Positions 37,980 to 47,504 of a stretch of DNA of 64,000 nucleotides are shown here, piece after piece. The stretch's first letter is position 1; each line of letters opens with the position of its first letter. Both the position numbers and the translations under genes were made by a program. The notes beneath the pieces are model-generated. The model was not told the DNA's origin and ran no database searches. It saw nothing but the letters and a program-made list of their open reading frames with translations. Origin of the DNA: Elusimicrobiota bacterium. GTDB lineage: Bacteria > Elusimicrobiota > Elusimicrobia > Elusimicrobiales > UBA9959. The stretch spans positions 68,669 to 132,668 of the forward strand of contig JAINCQ010000037.1 in NCBI GenBank assembly GCA_036574205.1. Reading direction: 5' to 3'.

Positions 37980-39626
37980 TTATATTTTATATATTTTATC
38001 TACATCAATTATTACCTTCTCTCCATTTTTGAAAAAATCCATACATCCTTCAACAGCCACAATAGTTGGGATTTTCAGCTCTCTTGCTATAATAAGCGCA
38101 TGACTTGTAAAGACACCATTTTCAAGTATAAGCCCTTTTGCTTTTAAAAGTAGTTTGATATTTTTACCAAGGTTTTTAGCACATATTATCTCTCCTTTAA
38201 TGTCATTTTCAATATCTGTGTCGTTTATCAAAAAAATCTTTCCCTTTACTTTGCCGGGATATATGGTAATTCCTTTCAAAAAATTTTTGCTAAGATTTTT
38301 TCCTCTCATATATGTCTTTAAATTTTTTTTTCTTAACGATGATATCATCTTTTTTTTCAAGTCTTCATATTCTTTGATTAATTGGCTTATCTCAAGCGAA
38401 AAAGAATTGTATAACCTGTGGTTTTTATTGCCAAGATATTTAAAGAGAGTAGAATATATTTTTGTTTCAAATTTTTTTTCTCCTCTTATTTTACCTATTG
38501 CAAGTGTTGTAGTTGCCTCAAAAGGTTGCCTTATTCTATTTAAAAGGTCCATAACACAGTCATAGAAAGCGAACTTTGTGTTTATTGGTTCTATATCTTT
38601 TTTTTCTATATTATTAACTTTAAAATATTTCCTAATGTTTTTTTTGACATTTTCTATTATTCCTTTCCCCTCTTTAATTTTTCTTAATATTTCTTTATTA
38701 AGATTGTATATGTTTTTGAGTATAAATACTTCAGAGTTCTTTGATATAAAAGAAGTTTTTAGACCAAGAGATAAAAGCTCTTTGTTGATAAATTTAACTA
38801 TTTTAAAGTTGTTAGTAGCATTATATGGCGAGTAGAGAGTCTTTAAGTTTACATTTAATGGTAAGAAATCTATAGAAAAGTTTGGCGGCAAACTTCGGTA
38901 CTGAACTAATTTGAATTTCAGGTTAATGTCTATAAGAAATTCTATATCAGTTTTATTAAATGTTTTTCCACAGTTTTTTAGTTTATTGAATATCTGGCTG
39001 AAGAAAAGATAAAGAAAATAAAATTCATCAGTATTTTCTATTATCAGATCTTTTTTTACTGCAATAGTATATGGTTTTTTTATTCTTCCTTGCTCTATTG
39101 CGTCATGTCTCCCACCATCTGAATATTCTATATAAAATGATGGTTTTTCTATATCTTCCATAAAAATTACGCCGCTTACTATTGGTTTTATAAATTTTTG
39201 GATTATTATTGACATTGGTTGAATACCTAAAGTATAAGGAATAAGGTCTTTTTTATACTGACTTAACAGAACTTTTCTAATATCGTTAAAAATATTTTTT
39301 CTGTCTGAGATAATGGATTTAAAAAGTCCAGCATAAGATTTATTTTTTGAATCTTCTATTTCAACTGATGATCTTATTATAAATCTATCATAAAATATAT
39401 TAAGTTTAATTAGATTTTTAATTATATCTTTCATTACCGAAGAAGGTATTTTAGAATGTTTTATTTTTTCTATTATTAAGTCAAAGGAATCTTTTGACGT
39501 AACTCCAAAAGATTTGGATATAAAATCGGAGCCGATTATCAAAAAATCAGGGGTAAGTGACAAAGAATCAAGCTTTAAAAGATTTTTAGCTTTATTACCA
39601 GTTTCTTTTCCTATTATTATATGCAT
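37980..39626 (-). CDS. PEP-utilising enzyme: PPDK/PEP-synthase-type ATP-binding domain plus C-terminal phospho-His swivel domain
   Basis: IRSS..EDS..SYAGLF, IIQKFI...SGV, DIEF, VQYR; TSHALIIARELKIP His motif. Confidence 0.8.
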   Translation of the reverse strand: MHIIIGKETGNKAKNLLKLDSLSLTPDFLIIGSDFISKSFGVTSKDSFDLIIEKIKHSKIPSSVMKDIIKNLIKLNIFYDRFIIRSSVEIEDSKNKSYAGLFKSIISDRKNIFNDIRKVLLSQYKKDLIPYTLGIQPMSIIIQKFIKPIVSGVIFMEDIEKPSFYIEYSDGGRHDAIEQGRIKKPYTIAVKKDLIIENTDEFYFLYLFFSQIFNKLKNCGKTFNKTDIEFLIDINLKFKLVQYRSLPPNFSIDFLPLNVNLKTLYSPYNATNNFKIVKFINKELLSLGLKTSFISKNSEVFILKNIYNLNKEILRKIKEGKGIIENVKKNIRKYFKVNNIEKKDIEPINTKFAFYDCVMDLLNRIRQPFEATTTLAIGKIRGEKKFETKIYSTLFKYLGNKNHRLYNSFSLEISQLIKEYEDLKKKMISSLRKKNLKTYMRGKNLSKNFLKGITIYPGKVKGKIFLINDTDIENDIKGEIICAKNLGKNIKLLLKAKGLILENGVFTSHALIIARELKIPTIVAVEGCMDFFKNGEKVIIDVDKIYKI

Positions 39627-40330
39627 CAGACAAACCTGTATTTTTTAATTTTTAATAAAATGGAGGTTGTTCTTTGAAACCCATCAACTATCTCGCTGGA
39701 TTTTATCAAAAGTCTTTTTTTCATAATTGGACTTTCAGTTACAAGGGTTTGAAAGTCGTTTGCAGTTATGGTATTTCCTTTCCTTTTTTCATCTTTTAAA
39801 TATCTTATAAATCCTTCATCAATAACTTTGCCAAGCCAGTTATAGGATACATTTTTTTCTACAGCTGTTATAATATAGCGTATCCCCTTTGAAAGGGTTT
39901 TTTCTATAATATCAAACATATCATTTCCTTTTACTACTGAAATATATTTTATTCCCATTTTTCTTATACCCGAAATTATGTTATTGGTTATTTTTCTATC
40001 TTGTTTAGTTAAATCATAATCCATGCTGGATATAAAAATAGTTTTTTCTTCATGCCCGATGATTTTTACCGATTTTCTGATTGCGTCCAGAAAAGGTATT
40101 TCCATTTTATTATATTTATATTCATAACACCTAATTCCCATAAGATTTGCTTGCTTTTTTATTATATCTGATTTAGGAAACTCATTAAATATTTCATGAT
40201 GCAATTTACCAGCGTTAAATGTAAAGAGAAGTTTTAGATTGTATCCAAGTTCAATAGCCTTTATTATAGCAAAGTGAGAATCTTTTCCTCCACTATAGTT
40301 TGTAAAAGCAATTTTACTTTTCTCAGTCAT
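39626..40330 (-). CDS. Diphthine-ammonia ligase (Dph6)-like PP-loop ATPase
   Basis: YSGGKDSH, QANLMGI, WLGKVID, DFQTLVTESP (compare EFETLVxDxP). Confidence 0.7.
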   Translation of the reverse strand: MTEKSKIAFTNYSGGKDSHFAIIKAIELGYNLKLLFTFNAGKLHHEIFNEFPKSDIIKKQANLMGIRCYEYKYNKMEIPFLDAIRKSVKIIGHEEKTIFISSMDYDLTKQDRKITNNIISGIRKMGIKYISVVKGNDMFDIIEKTLSKGIRYIITAVEKNVSYNWLGKVIDEGFIRYLKDEKRKGNTITANDFQTLVTESPIMKKRLLIKSSEIVDGFQRTTSILLKIKKYRFV

Positions 40331-42293
40331 AGCATATATATAAGTTTATCTCTCCTATTAGGTTAAAAGAATTTATTTTTTTGAAACGTTTTTTTATTAA
40401 AGCAAAATCTTCATTATTTAAGGAATCAATTATATTTATTGAATTGACCTTGCTTAGTAATTCTTTTTTAATATCGTCACCAAACCATGAAAAGACATTC
40501 CATATTACTGTAACTTTTTTAAAAAAGTTTTTTGGTATAAAGTCAGTTATTGAGAAGATAGGGATTGAAAAATCCATGCGACTTTTATCACAGTATTTGT
40601 CTGTAATATTTATCCCATTTTTAAAATCTTTTCCAAAAAAATCAAGCCATTTTATATGAAAAGAATTTTTTATGTCTATAAATTCTGATGATATTTCAAC
40701 TAAGCTGTTGAAATTATATTGTATAAAAAGCCGTTTCTTTGATATAGTTAAAAAATTTGAAATATCAAATAAGATATATCTATCTTTTATTGAGGTGCTT
40801 TTCTTTATTTCGTTGGATATGAATTTTAAGACCTCACTGTATAAAGTAAGTCTTAAAGCATAGTTTTCAGGATTTATGAGATAACCAAACTTATTTTTAG
40901 TAAGGATAGATTCAATTTTATTTTTGTCAAAGTTTACATTTTTAAGGTAGGTAGAAAATTTTTTATAGGTTGTAAGATATGGATTTTGATGTTTTATTAT
41001 AGAAGAGCATTTTAAAAGTAAAGTATGAAAAAATCTGTCCATTTCACAGAGCTTTGCTATTGGCTTTATTTCGGAAAGTATTTCCTCTGTTTTTTTTATT
41101 TCATTCGCTGTATAAGTTTTAGTTGATAAAACTTTATAGGGATATTTTTTTGAATATTTTATACTTAATTTTTTTGAGTTTATTTCAAAAAATGTGTTTT
41201 TCCATATCATAAGACGAAAAAAATCTAACTTTGCACCAGATGATAACGCATAATCTATTGTTTTTTTGAAATTTTTTAAATTATCACCCGGAAGTCCATA
41301 AATAAATGATAATGTAAAAGGATATGAGTATTCAAGCATCTTTGGAGAGTATTTAAGAAAATGATCCTTTAGTTCTTTTATATCAAATATCCTATTTGCT
41401 TGTTTTAGAGCTTTTTTTGTCAGAGTTTGAACTCCAAATCCAAAAGTTATTCTTGGATCTAATATATATTTAAGTATATCTGGATTAAACTTATTTATCT
41501 CGCTATTAAAATTAAAAAAAACATTTCTTTTAATAGTTTTTATATATTCAAATATTTTTTTTGCTTTTTGAATGTCAAGAAATATATCGCTGTCGCAAAA
41601 TTCTATGCTTTTTACTTTGGGGTTTTGTGAGAGTATAAAAGCTACTTCTAATTTTAGCCTTTTAAAGTCAAATCCCCTGTATTTTATTATCCTGTTGGTT
41701 ACAGCACAATATCCACAGTTGTATAAACATCCTCTTGAGCCTTCTATGTAAAACTCGGAGTAATTTTTTACATCAAATATTTTGTTAAGATATGGAGAAG
41801 GTATCTTATTAAGGTCTTTAATAGGAGGTCTTGGAGGATTTATTTTGTACTTTTTACCATTTCTATAGATAAGCCCTTTAATTTTTTCAAACATCAAGTC
41901 CTTTCTGATAATAGAATAAACAAGTTCAAAAAATGTCTCTTCTCCTTCACCATAGACTATAAAATCTACTGGATAAAAATTAATTTTATCATAAAAGGAA
42001 GTATTTATTGCTGGTCCTACTAAAACTATATTAACTCTTTTAATTTTCTTCTTTATTTTTTTAGAGAGATTTATAAATATCTGTGGGTCATTATAGCAAG
42101 AAAATCCTATTAAGTTGGGTTGCCCTTTATCATAAAATTTTTTATCAATAGTACTTTCAAAATCTTCTACAGATTTAATAATGACATTTATGCCTTTTTT
42201 TAAGTTTTTTAAAAGGAAAGCCTTAAGATACCCAAGCTCAAGGGGAGGATGTTCAGTTTTCTCTGCTATAAGGTATATGTTATATGAATTCAT
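40323..42293 (-). CDS. Cobalamin-binding radical SAM protein (class B methyltransferase-like)
   Basis: PPLELGYL, GFSCY, GEGEETF, PSPY, EGSRGCLYNCGYC, GVQT, IYGLPGD. Confidence 0.85.
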   Translation of the reverse strand: MNSYNIYLIAEKTEHPPLELGYLKAFLLKNLKKGINVIIKSVEDFESTIDKKFYDKGQPNLIGFSCYNDPQIFINLSKKIKKKIKRVNIVLVGPAINTSFYDKINFYPVDFIVYGEGEETFFELVYSIIRKDLMFEKIKGLIYRNGKKYKINPPRPPIKDLNKIPSPYLNKIFDVKNYSEFYIEGSRGCLYNCGYCAVTNRIIKYRGFDFKRLKLEVAFILSQNPKVKSIEFCDSDIFLDIQKAKKIFEYIKTIKRNVFFNFNSEINKFNPDILKYILDPRITFGFGVQTLTKKALKQANRIFDIKELKDHFLKYSPKMLEYSYPFTLSFIYGLPGDNLKNFKKTIDYALSSGAKLDFFRLMIWKNTFFEINSKKLSIKYSKKYPYKVLSTKTYTANEIKKTEEILSEIKPIAKLCEMDRFFHTLLLKCSSIIKHQNPYLTTYKKFSTYLKNVNFDKNKIESILTKNKFGYLINPENYALRLTLYSEVLKFISNEIKKSTSIKDRYILFDISNFLTISKKRLFIQYNFNSLVEISSEFIDIKNSFHIKWLDFFGKDFKNGINITDKYCDKSRMDFSIPIFSITDFIPKNFFKKVTVIWNVFSWFGDDIKKELLSKVNSINIIDSLNNEDFALIKKRFKKINSFNLIGEINLYICYD

Positions 42294-43392
42294 AGGTAAA
42301 AGTAGTTTTAAACTTTTGTTTTGGAATTTTTTTTATCGGGTTTATTTTCTTTATATCTATCTGATCAATATATTCTATATTAAATCCTCTACATCTTTCG
42401 TTTAGAATGCATTTCCCACAAATTCCCTTTATTTTTGCACTTCTATTTCTTAAAATAGTTTTCATATCACTTATTTTTTCCTCCGGTATAAGAACTACCT
42501 CGTCGACTTTTTGATTAGTTTCCCAGTCAGCTATTATATTTAAATATTCAGGAAGTAGACATGGAGGAAAATTTATCAAGATTCTTGTGAAAAAAGGAAA
42601 ACCGTAAGCTTCGGCTATTTTAAGCCCTCTTCGTATTTCCACTGCCAGGTCAGATATTTCACATAATAATTCCTTATTTATTCTCATAGCGCCACTTGAG
42701 TTTGCTGCTATTATGTTAAAATAATTTATTTGAAGTTTGTTATAGGTAAGATTAAAGAAATTCACAAAATCTTTATAATTAAGTTTATTTAAAACGATAG
42801 CAGTAGCAAGCTCAGCACCTAATTCCTTTATATTTTCCATTGCCTTCATCGTTTCTTTAAAAGCGCCCTTTCTTCCTACAAGAGTATCATGGATATTACT
42901 TTTTGAAGAATGAAGAGAAATATCAAAGGAGTTAAAACCTGCGTCTATGAGTCTTTTTGCGTATTTTATATCTGAAAGTCTCCTTCCATTTGTACAAAGC
43001 TTTATACATTCATAACCCAATTTCCTTGCAAACTCTGATATCTTGAATATATCTTCTCTTAGTGTCGGTTCCCCTCCTATTATAGATGCTATCCAGCATC
43101 CTTGTTTTTTACCTATATAAAGCACCTTGCATATTTTTTCAAATGATATATTTTGATTGTGGTTTAGAAGTTTGGGATCATTATAACAAAAAAGGCATCT
43201 GTTATTACATGTGGTATTAACTGTGACCTCTGCAGAATATGGTTTTAATGAGAGGTCCCATTCAATAGCTTTTATTCTTTTTTCTATTTCTGCTTTTGGG
43301 AGTTTTGGGTTAAGTCTTTTAATTAGTTTAAAGTTATTTTCAAACCTAAGTCTTTCACATACCATATATCTCTCTTTCAAATCTGACTGCAT
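42280..43392 (-). CDS. Radical SAM protein (HxsC-type)
   Basis: CNNRCLFC, IGGEPT, CTNGR, FPPCLL, CGKC-x5-CRG. Confidence 0.85.
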   Translation of the reverse strand: MQSDLKERYMVCERLRFENNFKLIKRLNPKLPKAEIEKRIKAIEWDLSLKPYSAEVTVNTTCNNRCLFCYNDPKLLNHNQNISFEKICKVLYIGKKQGCWIASIIGGEPTLREDIFKISEFARKLGYECIKLCTNGRRLSDIKYAKRLIDAGFNSFDISLHSSKSNIHDTLVGRKGAFKETMKAMENIKELGAELATAIVLNKLNYKDFVNFFNLTYNKLQINYFNIIAANSSGAMRINKELLCEISDLAVEIRRGLKIAEAYGFPFFTRILINFPPCLLPEYLNIIADWETNQKVDEVVLIPEEKISDMKTILRNRSAKIKGICGKCILNERCRGFNIEYIDQIDIKKINPIKKIPKQKFKTTFTYEFI

Positions 43393-44419
43393 TTTTTATG
43401 TAATCTCTAAAAAGAGGCTCTTTGTTTTTTTTCATTATTTTACTAAAAAAATCTTTGATTAATCTGTCTCTTATATTCAAAGCAATTCCACCATCTTTTA
43501 ACTCTTCTTTATAATAATAATTTTTGATGCAACTTTCACATTTTCGCCTGTTATATTTACATGTTTCATATTTTTTATAAAATCCATTTTTTACATCTCC
43601 TATTACTACTTTGTCTCTGTCTTTTGAGTATTTTATGAAAGAATATGGATAGAAACCAAATTTTCCGTCGGGGTATAATTCAATGTCAGAGTAAAATGGA
43701 CAAAATTCTTCTACTCTTTCTTTATCTAAATAACTAAAAAAAGATTCATGGTATATGTAATTTCTTTTTTTAATTGATTTTAATATGTATTCATTTATTT
43801 TCTTCATGTTTTTTTCAAAAATATTATATCTTTCCTCATTCCACTTTCCCGAACCACTGACACACTCTATATTTATTATTTTGAATCCAAGTAGTACTAT
43901 CTTTTTGAAATCTTCTATCATATTTTCTACAAAATCCGGAGATACGCAATATATGGCTATAATCTTATCCTTCAACCTTTTTATAGCTTTAATTATGTTT
44001 TGCTTTACAATTTTATAACTACCAGTTCCATCTAAGTATACCCTGTTTAAATTATGACTTTTCAAAGAACCTGAAAAGCTTATGGCAAGATATATATTAT
44101 TTTTTTCTATAAAATCCAGTATCTTTTTGTTTATTATAGTACCATTCGACGCGATAAATATTGCAGAGTTTTCATATCCTTTTATTTTCCTTATTGTATT
44201 GACAGATTTTTTTAAGACTTCAAAGTTTAAAAATGGTTCTCCTCCATAAAATTCTATCTTTATTTTTTTCTCTTTATATTTTTTAATTAATAAGAGGGCT
44301 TTCTTTATGTCTGAATGAGATATATTTATAGCTAAATCCTTTTCTACGTTACAGTGCAAACATCTAAGGTTGCATCTGGAAGTGACAGCAATCTTAATTT
44401 TTTTAATTTTAGATTGCAT
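43355..44419 (-). CDS. Radical SAM protein, directly downstream of the precursor
   Basis: CNLRCLHC, FYGGEPF, ASNG, CPF...PDG, CESC. Confidence 0.85.
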   Translation of the reverse strand: MQSKIKKIKIAVTSRCNLRCLHCNVEKDLAINISHSDIKKALLLIKKYKEKKIKIEFYGGEPFLNFEVLKKSVNTIRKIKGYENSAIFIASNGTIINKKILDFIEKNNIYLAISFSGSLKSHNLNRVYLDGTGSYKIVKQNIIKAIKRLKDKIIAIYCVSPDFVENMIEDFKKIVLLGFKIINIECVSGSGKWNEERYNIFEKNMKKINEYILKSIKKRNYIYHESFFSYLDKERVEEFCPFYSDIELYPDGKFGFYPYSFIKYSKDRDKVVIGDVKNGFYKKYETCKYNRRKCESCIKNYYYKEELKDGGIALNIRDRLIKDFFSKIMKKNKEPLFRDYIKNAVRFEREIYGM

Positions 44420-44428
44420 ATCATATGG

Positions 44429-44740
44429 TCAGCACCATCCTCCCCTTGAATGAGAGCCATGAGAACCGTGCGAACCATGCGAACCATGCGAACCATGCGA
44501 ACCATGCGAACCATGTGAACCATGTGAGGAGTGTGAACCATGAGAAGTGTGACTTGTATGACTTGTTCCATCAAAATAGTTTGTATGAACATATTGTGCG
44601 GATGCTTCTTGTGGAAGAGATGTTCCAATTATCCCAAGGGCTATTGCGGTTTTGACTATATCACTATCTAAAATTTTACCTTCTTCACTATTTAGATAAG
44701 TTTTTATTTGTTTTTTTATGGTCTTTTTATTATTCTTCAT
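44429..44740 (-). CDS. hxsA: His-Xaa-Ser repeat peptide (HxsA-type RiPP precursor)
   Basis: Leader followed by 12 tandem HxS triplets, then HSRGGWC; ATG 44740 follows a GGAGGGG RBS; surrounded by hxsB/C/D homologs. Confidence 0.9.
   Translation of the reverse strand: MKNNKKTIKKQIKTYLNSEEGKILDSDIVKTAIALGIIGTSLPQEASAQYVHTNYFDGTSHTSHTSHGSHSSHGSHGSHGSHGSHGSHGSHGSHGSHSRGGWC
44453..44560 (-). repeat. 12 x 9-bp coding tandem repeat (HxS codons)
   Basis: Five identical CGAACCATG units at 44471-44515, flanked by synonymous or variant units. Confidence 0.95.
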
Positions 44741-45737
44741 CTTCCCCTCCACTTAAGGTTTTCTTTTGTTTTTGAATTAATTCCTTTGCTCTTTTTATTA
44801 TCTCTTCTTCCTTCTTTTTTTCTTCTTCTCTTTTTATTTTCTCCATTAGTTTTTGATAATAATTACAATAAGTAAGAGTTAATTTGTTTAATAGTTCAGC
44901 GCAGGCAGTTTCTCCAATATTTGATATTTTACATTGTTCTTGAGTTTTTGGATTACGAAAGATATTGCAATCAAAACTCCCTGTTTCTCTATATCTTTTG
45001 GCAGCCTCAAGAAGATCTGATTTTTTATTGTCATTACATTCACTTAATGATTTATTATTGCATAGCTTATCTATTCCTAATTTCATTTTCTGGCACAAAG
45101 TAAAATAATCATTAACACCTAATGCTTTAAGTACCTCTCCTTTTTGTCTTCCGGTTTCCTCTTCAATTTTATAATAACCCAAGCAATTGTTTATATTTGT
45201 GTCTTTGCCTATTAAATATTCCTTCATCTTATAGGTATAATAACTCTCAACACACATTTTTCTCATTTCTTCTGGCAGAGTGTTACAATATGCTACATCC
45301 TTTTTTGCGATTGCAACACATGTGATGTAATCAGTTAAAAGAGTTATTATATTGTTTGTTTCTTCTTGAGAAAATGTGTATGACATCTTTTTGCTTTTTT
45401 TTGTTCCCGGTCCCCATATATTTCCATAATCTTCTATTATATTTTTTGGTGTTTTGTTACATCCTGTAACTTGTATATAAGTGGGCGTAAGAGTGGTGTT
45501 CAAAGAATTCTGTAGATAAGTAGTTGAAAGAAGGGGTAGCAAAGCATCCTGAGATGGTGGATTTTTTGTTTCTCTATCTACTTCTTTATTTGCTTCTCTC
45601 GGTATCTCCCTCCCAAACGGGATTTCCTGTTTGAGCGGTTGCGGAACAATTGGTTTCTCTTTTGGTTTTGTTAAAAATTTTATTACTATTAAAATCGCTA
45701 TTAAGACTACTGTAATAAGAACGATATATTTTCTCAT
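44730..45737 (-). CDS. Membrane-anchored Cys-rich extracytoplasmic protein
   Basis: Single N-terminal TM helix, Pro/Thr linker, many spaced Cys, charged helical tail; ATG 45737 follows GGAGG. Confidence 0.7.
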   Translation of the reverse strand: MRKYIVLITVVLIAILIVIKFLTKPKEKPIVPQPLKQEIPFGREIPREANKEVDRETKNPPSQDALLPLLSTTYLQNSLNTTLTPTYIQVTGCNKTPKNIIEDYGNIWGPGTKKSKKMSYTFSQEETNNIITLLTDYITCVAIAKKDVAYCNTLPEEMRKMCVESYYTYKMKEYLIGKDTNINNCLGYYKIEEETGRQKGEVLKALGVNDYFTLCQKMKLGIDKLCNNKSLSECNDNKKSDLLEAAKRYRETGSFDCNIFRNPKTQEQCKISNIGETACAELLNKLTLTYCNYYQKLMEKIKREEEKKKEEEIIKRAKELIQKQKKTLSGGEDEE

Positions 45738-45738
45738 C

Positions 45739-46017
45739 CTACCTCCATTTATCTTCGCCAAGTGCTGATATAAGAGCTTTTGTTACTATCAACTGAGATA
45801 TCCTGAAATTTTTTTTGGCAAGATCTATTCTGCATTGTTCGTTCAAAGCCTCATTCATTAGCTTATCAAAAATATTTTCGCAGTCATTGCCTTTTATTTC
45901 GGCTATAATAGTTTTTTTATTATCATAAAGTTTTATCTGTCCAGTATTATCTATTATATTCTTTGCTATATTTAAAGCTTCATAACTATAAACCTTCTTA
46001 TCTATTTCAAACCTCAT
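45739..46017 (-). CDS. HxsD-like protein
   Basis: IDKKVYSYEAL...LMNEALNEQCR...LIVTKAL pattern; ATGA overlap with the hxsB stop. Confidence 0.65.
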   Translation of the reverse strand: MRFEIDKKVYSYEALNIAKNIIDNTGQIKLYDNKKTIIAEIKGNDCENIFDKLMNEALNEQCRIDLAKKNFRISQLIVTKALISALGEDKWR

Positions 46018-47504
46018 ATGTTCATCTCCTCTTTTTCTCTTGCCCATCGCTCTAAAAATTTCGCTTTTTTATTATCGTTTAAGAACTCAAAAATAATATC
46101 CATTATCCCCATAAATATTTTACATCTTTCAGATGTAGCATTATTCCCCCAGATATTATTTTGGGCTTCATAATTTATGACCGGACACACGCCACAGTAA
46201 GGTTTATAAACACACCTTGAGCATTGAATCTGATTTTCAAGATTAGATGATATAGCGCAAACTTTTGTTGTAGGAGAGGATATAATTTGTTTATATGAGT
46301 TTTTATTTAGATTTCCAAGTTTAAAAAAATCATTTCCTTCCCATCCAAGCATTCTCCCTTCATCGCAGGTATATATATCTCCATTGTAATTATACGCTAA
46401 TTGTCCCAAACCTGCTCCACATGGACATCTTAAATCCACAAAACCGCTATCTTTGCTATTTATTATTTTATGGACAATCATCTGGGCGGTTTTTTCCTTT
46501 ATTTCAACGCCTTTTGCGTTAAGTTCTATTATATATAAAAGTGCTGTTTTATAGAATTTCAGAAATGATTCTGAATCATATCCTATCTTATCCCATAATT
46601 TTCTGGCAAAACCTATTGGGGAAAGCGGTCTTATAAATATAGTCTCAAGCCCATTTTTTACGTACTCATCTAATATTTCTTGGGGATATTTGAGTGATTC
46701 TCTTGAGACTGTTGTCAGAGCAGAGGGCTTAAAAATTCTGTAAGCTAAATTATGTTGTGTGTCATGTTTTTGATTGAAATATTTAATCCATTTTACTGCA
46801 ATATCGTATGAACTAGCTGCAGTGTATATTCTGTTTTTATTATGGAGTTCTTTCGGTCCGTCCAGCGATGTGCATAAAGAGACCTCATTTTCAAGCAAAA
46901 ATTCTGCTTTTTCCTCGTCCATAAGTGAAAAATTGGTTACCACAGAAAGATTTAACCTCTTGTCTTTTTTCTTTTCTATATCTCTTGAATATTTTATAGT
47001 TTTTTTCACAATCTCCCAGTTATATAGTGGCTCGCCCCCTTGAAACTCTATAGTTATTGTTGGGGAAGTTGATGAAAAAGCCATATCCACTGCTTTTTTA
47101 GCCGTAGTATAATTCATATCGGTTTTTGTGTCTTTTTCTCCAATAGCCTGGCTCTGGCAATAAACGCATTTATGGTTACACCTTAAAGTTGCCACTATTA
47201 TATGCAAAGCAGGTCCAAAAAATAGATATGAGTTTGAATTCTTCCACCTTGAAAATATATCCTCAAAATCTAAATTGTCGCTTATAAATCCTTTTGACGC
47301 AAGTTCGTTGTATATTGCTTCCCCTTTCTTGATCTTTCCGTCAACAAATTTTTTAAATTCTGACTCTTTTAGCATAACGTAATACCCAAAATCGTTTGTC
47401 ACAAGTATTTTATCTTTTATTTTTTTCCATCTTATATGAATTATATCTGATTTACTTTTTTGATTTGTTTCCGTATTTTTCTTCCCATGTTTTTTTGATT
47501 TCAT
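46014..47504 (-). CDS. hxsB: His-Xaa-Ser system radical SAM maturase HxsB
   Basis: LHIIVATLRCNHKCVYCQ, IEFQGGEPL, TSLDGP, FIRPLSPIG, DLRCPCGAG, YTCDEGRM, CxxC-x5-CxxCP. Confidence 0.9.
   Translation of the reverse strand: MKSKKHGKKNTETNQKSKSDIIHIRWKKIKDKILVTNDFGYYVMLKESEFKKFVDGKIKKGEAIYNELASKGFISDNLDFEDIFSRWKNSNSYLFFGPALHIIVATLRCNHKCVYCQSQAIGEKDTKTDMNYTTAKKAVDMAFSSTSPTITIEFQGGEPLYNWEIVKKTIKYSRDIEKKKDKRLNLSVVTNFSLMDEEKAEFLLENEVSLCTSLDGPKELHNKNRIYTAASSYDIAVKWIKYFNQKHDTQHNLAYRIFKPSALTTVSRESLKYPQEILDEYVKNGLETIFIRPLSPIGFARKLWDKIGYDSESFLKFYKTALLYIIELNAKGVEIKEKTAQMIVHKIINSKDSGFVDLRCPCGAGLGQLAYNYNGDIYTCDEGRMLGWEGNDFFKLGNLNKNSYKQIISSPTTKVCAISSNLENQIQCSRCVYKPYCGVCPVINYEAQNNIWGNNATSERCKIFMGIMDIIFEFLNDNKKAKFLERWAREKEEMNI

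Noticed and set aside
44419..44431. Selenocysteine or readthrough at the precursor TGA, fusing it to the in-frame downstream radical SAM
   Set aside because: In-frame spacing has a 1 in 3 chance, the downstream sequence is AT-rich with no evident SECIS hairpin, and no sel genes are in the window.
44344..44655. Alternative ORFs with MVR or ANH repeats (44344-44628, 44425-44655)
   Set aside because: They are shadow frames of the 9-bp repeat. Synonymous variation and the RBS favour the HxS frame.
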